64,000 nt of DNA from Oopsacas minuta (taxonomy: Eukaryota > Animalia > Porifera). Position 1 is the first letter of the stretch. Each line of letters starts with the position of its first letter. Shown one piece after another: positions 60,663 through 64,000 of the stretch. Under the pieces are notes generated by a model. It worked only from the letters and a program-made list of their open reading frames with translations. It searched no databases and was not told the origin of the DNA. Made by a program: the position numbers and the translations under genes. The DNA lies in the NCBI GenBank assembly GCA_024704765.1, contig JAKMXF010000233.1:62001-126000 (forward strand). Reading direction: 5' to 3'.

Positions 60663-61510
60663 CAGGGTGACACATAAATACTGTTACAACTTTTAAAACT
60701 ACCATATTGTAGATGAATATAATTCAATAGCGTTGACACTTATCCAATATATTGTCTACATATCTATTTTATCTCAATAAATCACACCAGCTACATCTCG
60801 CTTAGAAGTTTTATAATTCAACATTTTGTAATGGAGACTCGTCGTTCAGCTGTTATTGAGTTATTCAAGGCCGGAAAATGCAGAAGTGAAATTGCCTCTT
60901 TGCTCAGTTACAATAGGATGTTTATTTCGCGAACTTTGTCACGGTTTGCTGATACAGGGGACGTGTTAGACCGACCACGACCTGGCCGTCCACGTACTGC
61001 ACGGACAATTTCTTTGACCAAGAGGGTGCTACAACGGATTAAACGAAATCCCGCCCGAAGCATCCGAAAAATGGCCATTGAAACAAATTCAAACAGGGAA
61101 TCGATGCGGAGGCTTGTTTGTAACGATTTGGGTATGAAAGCGTACAAAATGAAAAAAAGACAACTCCTCACAGCCAAAAATAAAAGTATGAGGTTGGAAA
61201 GATGCAAGGCCATGCTTTCACGTTTCACCAATGGTCGACACAAGCAGATCCTTTTCTCTGATGAGAAATTATTTACTGTTCAGCAGGTCCTAAACAAGCA
61301 AAATCATAGGATTTTAGCCACCGATAAGAGTACTTTGCCTGAATCTACTTTCCGGGTCTCTAGAACGCAGAAACCAGCTTCAGTGATGGTATGGGCCGGG
61401 GTTACTGCAACTAGTCGGACACCTTTGATATTTATCCCCCAAGGTGTGAAAATCAACCAATCGGTTTATCAGGAATCAATTCTTGAGAATGTTTTGAAGC
61501 CTTAGGCACA
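60663..61510 (+). mobile_element. 3'-truncated maT-type Tc1/mariner element
   Basis: TA-cagggtgacacataaatactgttaca left TIR, related to that of 38564. ORF 60831-61505 has the HTH region and FSDEKLF and stops at ENVLKP* before the second catalytic Asp. No right TIR. Confidence 0.9.
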
Positions 61511-61621
61511 CTGGTATGATAAGCATGCACGTGTATCTTAGTTGTGTATGAGCGACTATAAGTAAGAGAATATAAATATATGATCGTGCTCTCGATAAAT
61601 TAATTAAGGAAGCTATCTGAA

Positions 61622-62269
61622 ATGTCCAGATTAATTTTTTCAATTTTACTATTAAGTTGTCTCGGAATTATCCAAGCAAATCTCCCAATCGGTGAAGGAT
61701 GTGATACTATCGCTACATGCATTGAGTTTTCTGATTGTGCTGTAAACAGAGCTCCAACAACCCCTAATATCGGCACCATCTATACAATAGATAATACTAC
61801 TGTACAATTCCAGTTACAGTATGATAACGCTGCAGCAGATTGGATCGCCATGGGACTTTCAACTACCCCAAGTATGCCAGATTCATTCATATTCATGTGT
61901 GTACGTTCTGGTGTGGATGTCGTAGTCCAAGAAAGATTTGCATCTGCTAATGCTCGACCTCCCGAAGTTACATCTGATCTCACTCTAATAAACTCTGCTA
62001 ACGATGCTTCTATCATAAACTGTACCTTCACTTTACCTGTATTAGGTAATCCTGATTTGAATAATCCTGAGGGATACTATGTGCTTCTTGCTTGGGGTGG
62101 TGTGTCTGGTGGATTAATCCTTCAGCATTTAGGTCCAGGACATGGTAGATGTGTTTCTTCGACCAGAATGATAATCACAACTGCTACAGGAGGTCCATCT
62201 TCTGCATCTATGCTCTCTTTATCTGTTTCTACTCTCGTGTTGATGTTAACTATACTCTTCTTAGTGTAG
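61622..62269 (+). CDS. Single-DOMON secreted, probably GPI-anchored protein
   Basis: Signal peptide, WIAMGLSTTPSMPDS, ILQH, tail SSASMLSLSVSTLVLMLTILFLV*. Confidence 0.9.
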   Translation: MSRLIFSILLLSCLGIIQANLPIGEGCDTIATCIEFSDCAVNRAPTTPNIGTIYTIDNTTVQFQLQYDNAAADWIAMGLSTTPSMPDSFIFMCVRSGVDVVVQERFASANARPPEVTSDLTLINSANDASIINCTFTLPVLGNPDLNNPEGYYVLLAWGGVSGGLILQHLGPGHGRCVSSTRMIITTATGGPSSASMLSLSVSTLVLMLTILFLV

Positions 62270-62746
62270 TTACATTATTTTACCCATTGTATAATTAGCT
62301 CACCTACTTTATCGTCTTTAACTGCCCCATTGACTGTGTAATTGTACAGCTAGACTTGTCGTATCTATTTCTTTTTTGTTTCTGAGAATTCAATACTGTT
62401 ACTCAATACTCATGGTTATGAAAAGTGTTCTTCTAATTTTGGATCATTTTTATGATAAAAATTTGTATCATTATTCGTCTGAAAGATAGGGAAGGTTTCA
62501 GTTGCAGTTGCCCTAAGCCTTTACTATTTTTAGGATGTCTAAAGTTTCTATTGCTCATATATGGATCAATATATGAGTAATTATTTCAACCGGATTGCAA
62601 TTGCATTCCCAATTTACTTGTATACGATATACTAGAGGATGCTATGGATATACTTTATTGCACCTAATATGCGCAAGGTATTCTCCAGCACGACAAAACC
62701 TTGGGAACTCCATAATTTGGCATCCTTTTGGACTTAGGTGAATGCC

Positions 62747-62883
62747 CAGTGGCGGCGCTAACCAGCCGATACTGGTAGTGCACGCTTACGTCACAGGTTG
62801 GACACAGGTTATTAAACTGGGGGAATACTTACATTAATGACGTGGGGTACAAGACCCACCTGGCCCCCCTCGCGCCGCTTCTG
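62747..62883. mobile_element. Short GC-rich MITE-like element
   Basis: cagtggcggcgc ... gcgccgcttctg (10/12 inverted match); no clear TSD. Confidence 0.4.
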
Positions 62884-63882
62884 GGTGAAGGTGTTAAAAT
62901 GTGATTAATCATATGATAAACCTGTGTTTTTATTTCATGCTCTGTAGTCTCTACTCACAACATTACGCTAACACCAAGTTGAAACTTAAGCATCCTTTAA
63001 AACAACTTCAAATACAAAGGTGTGAATATATGAATGATCACCGAAAACCGCCGCAGGGTTGGAAAATACTCACGATTTATTTGATTTAAATCAGATTTTT
63101 ATATATAAACTTGCTTAATTCAATATTTTATCTTCTGATAATCACGTAGAATTCTAGAATAAATTTCACAATATACGTATAATAGAATGTTTGTCAATGA
63201 AGATAACGAAAAATTTATTAATGAAGAAAGCGAAAATATCGAACACATTATTAAGTATCATTAACGATACATCTATTGTTCTCTGAAGCAATCACACTTT
63301 TATCAAATAAGAAACATTGAAGAAATGTACTAAAGGTGATATATTTCCAACAATCAAATAATAGGATTTTGATTTTTTTGAGTGATTTAAATCAAAACAA
63401 CCCTGCTGAAAAGGTGTGAAAATTCTCTTTAGAAAATTCATACCCTAGGTACAAAACTCCACTCCTAAATATGTATATGTACTAATTTTCGCGTTAATCG
63501 TGCCAATAGATTTCGGATGACCGCGCGGACAGACATACAGACATCGCACATTGTTCATTTGAGCATCTCTCAATAGAAGTTGCACTAGAACATTTCAAGT
63601 TCATAAGTTAGTTCCAAATCTCATAAACATATGAATTTTGTTAATAAGGTGAACCGCCGAAATGTGGTAGAAGCATTCATGTAGGGTACAATTGATTGCC
63701 TAAATTAAACTCGAATATATTGCAACATAATTGTTGAGACTACGAAATTGATATTTAATATATTTATAAATACTGAGATATGTTACAAGTATGCACTATG
63801 CTCCTCTGAATACCCCCAAGAACATAAATAGATTCGCATTTTCAACTATTTACATAAGTAACATAACCTGGGGAACTGAAAA

Positions 63883-64000
63883 TGTTTAAAATACTCATTT
63901 CAATTTTACTATTAAATTGTCTCGGAATTATCCAAGCAAATCTCCCAATCGGTGAAGGATGTGGTACTATCGCTACATGCATCCAGTTTTCGAATTGTGC
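63883..64000 (+). CDS. Fifth DOMON-family gene, 5' end only (runs off the window)
   Basis: Hand translation MFKILISILLLNCLGIIQANLPIGEGCGTIATCIQFSNC, nearly identical to the N-terminus of 61622-62269. Not in the ORF track. Confidence 0.85.

Noticed and set aside
14298-61505. In-frame TAA/TAG codons as evidence of a reassigned genetic code
   Set aside because: Intact genes here end normally at TAA, TAG or TGA, and the internal stops lie mostly in transposons or relics where single substitutions explain them.
51517-62031. Recurrent antisense ORFs over the DOMON genes (51517, 52059, 52354, 52619, 52720, 53137, 54646, 56603, 61780)
   Set aside because: They are opposite-strand or alternative-frame shadows; they resemble each other only because the sense genes are near-identical paralogs.
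1-64000. Hammerhead ribozymes at CTGATGA occurrences; tRNA, rRNA and CRISPR arrays
   Set aside because: The CTGATGA hits I checked are in coding sequence or lack stem II plus GAAA. No cloverleaf, rRNA-like tract or repeat-spacer array was seen by eye.
8938-64000. Idea that sulfotransferase, methyltransferase, channels and surface proteins form one functional cluster
   Set aside because: Mixed orientations, unrelated families and interspersed housekeeping genes; nothing in the sequence indicates co-regulation.

Overview
AT-rich eukaryotic (animal) genomic DNA with GT-AG introns, many single-exon genes and dense DNA-transposon debris. The gene content (NHL-repeat family, orphan multi-TM family, DOMON and AMOP/VWD surface proteins, intron-poor layout) would fit a non-bilaterian such as a sponge; this is inference only. 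Left to right: the 3' part of a six-exon low-complexity protein gene; an NHL-repeat gene split by a 2-bp slip; a carbohydrate sulfotransferase; an orphan multi-TM gene and a decayed paralog; an intronless two-pore channel with lysines in both selectivity filters; an intronless ankyrin-TRP channel; a very divergent tail-less beta-tubulin; a partial and a full-length IgGFc-binding/AMOP/VWD/Sushi membrane-protein gene in inverted orientation, with a hAT element at the breakpoint of the partial copy; three DD37D (maT-type) Tc1/mariner elements; a METTL27-like methyltransferase; the 5' half of CTNNBL1; and an array of five intronless genes for secreted, probably GPI-anchored, Met/His-ligated DOMON proteins (one with three domains). 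Three unrelated long foldback inverted repeats and many MITEs fill the gaps. The best candidates for new biology are the stand-alone heme-type DOMON array, the lysine-filter TPC and the divergent beta-tubulin. Nearly all frameshifts fall in homopolymer or dinucleotide runs, so some pseudogene calls may be assembly errors.
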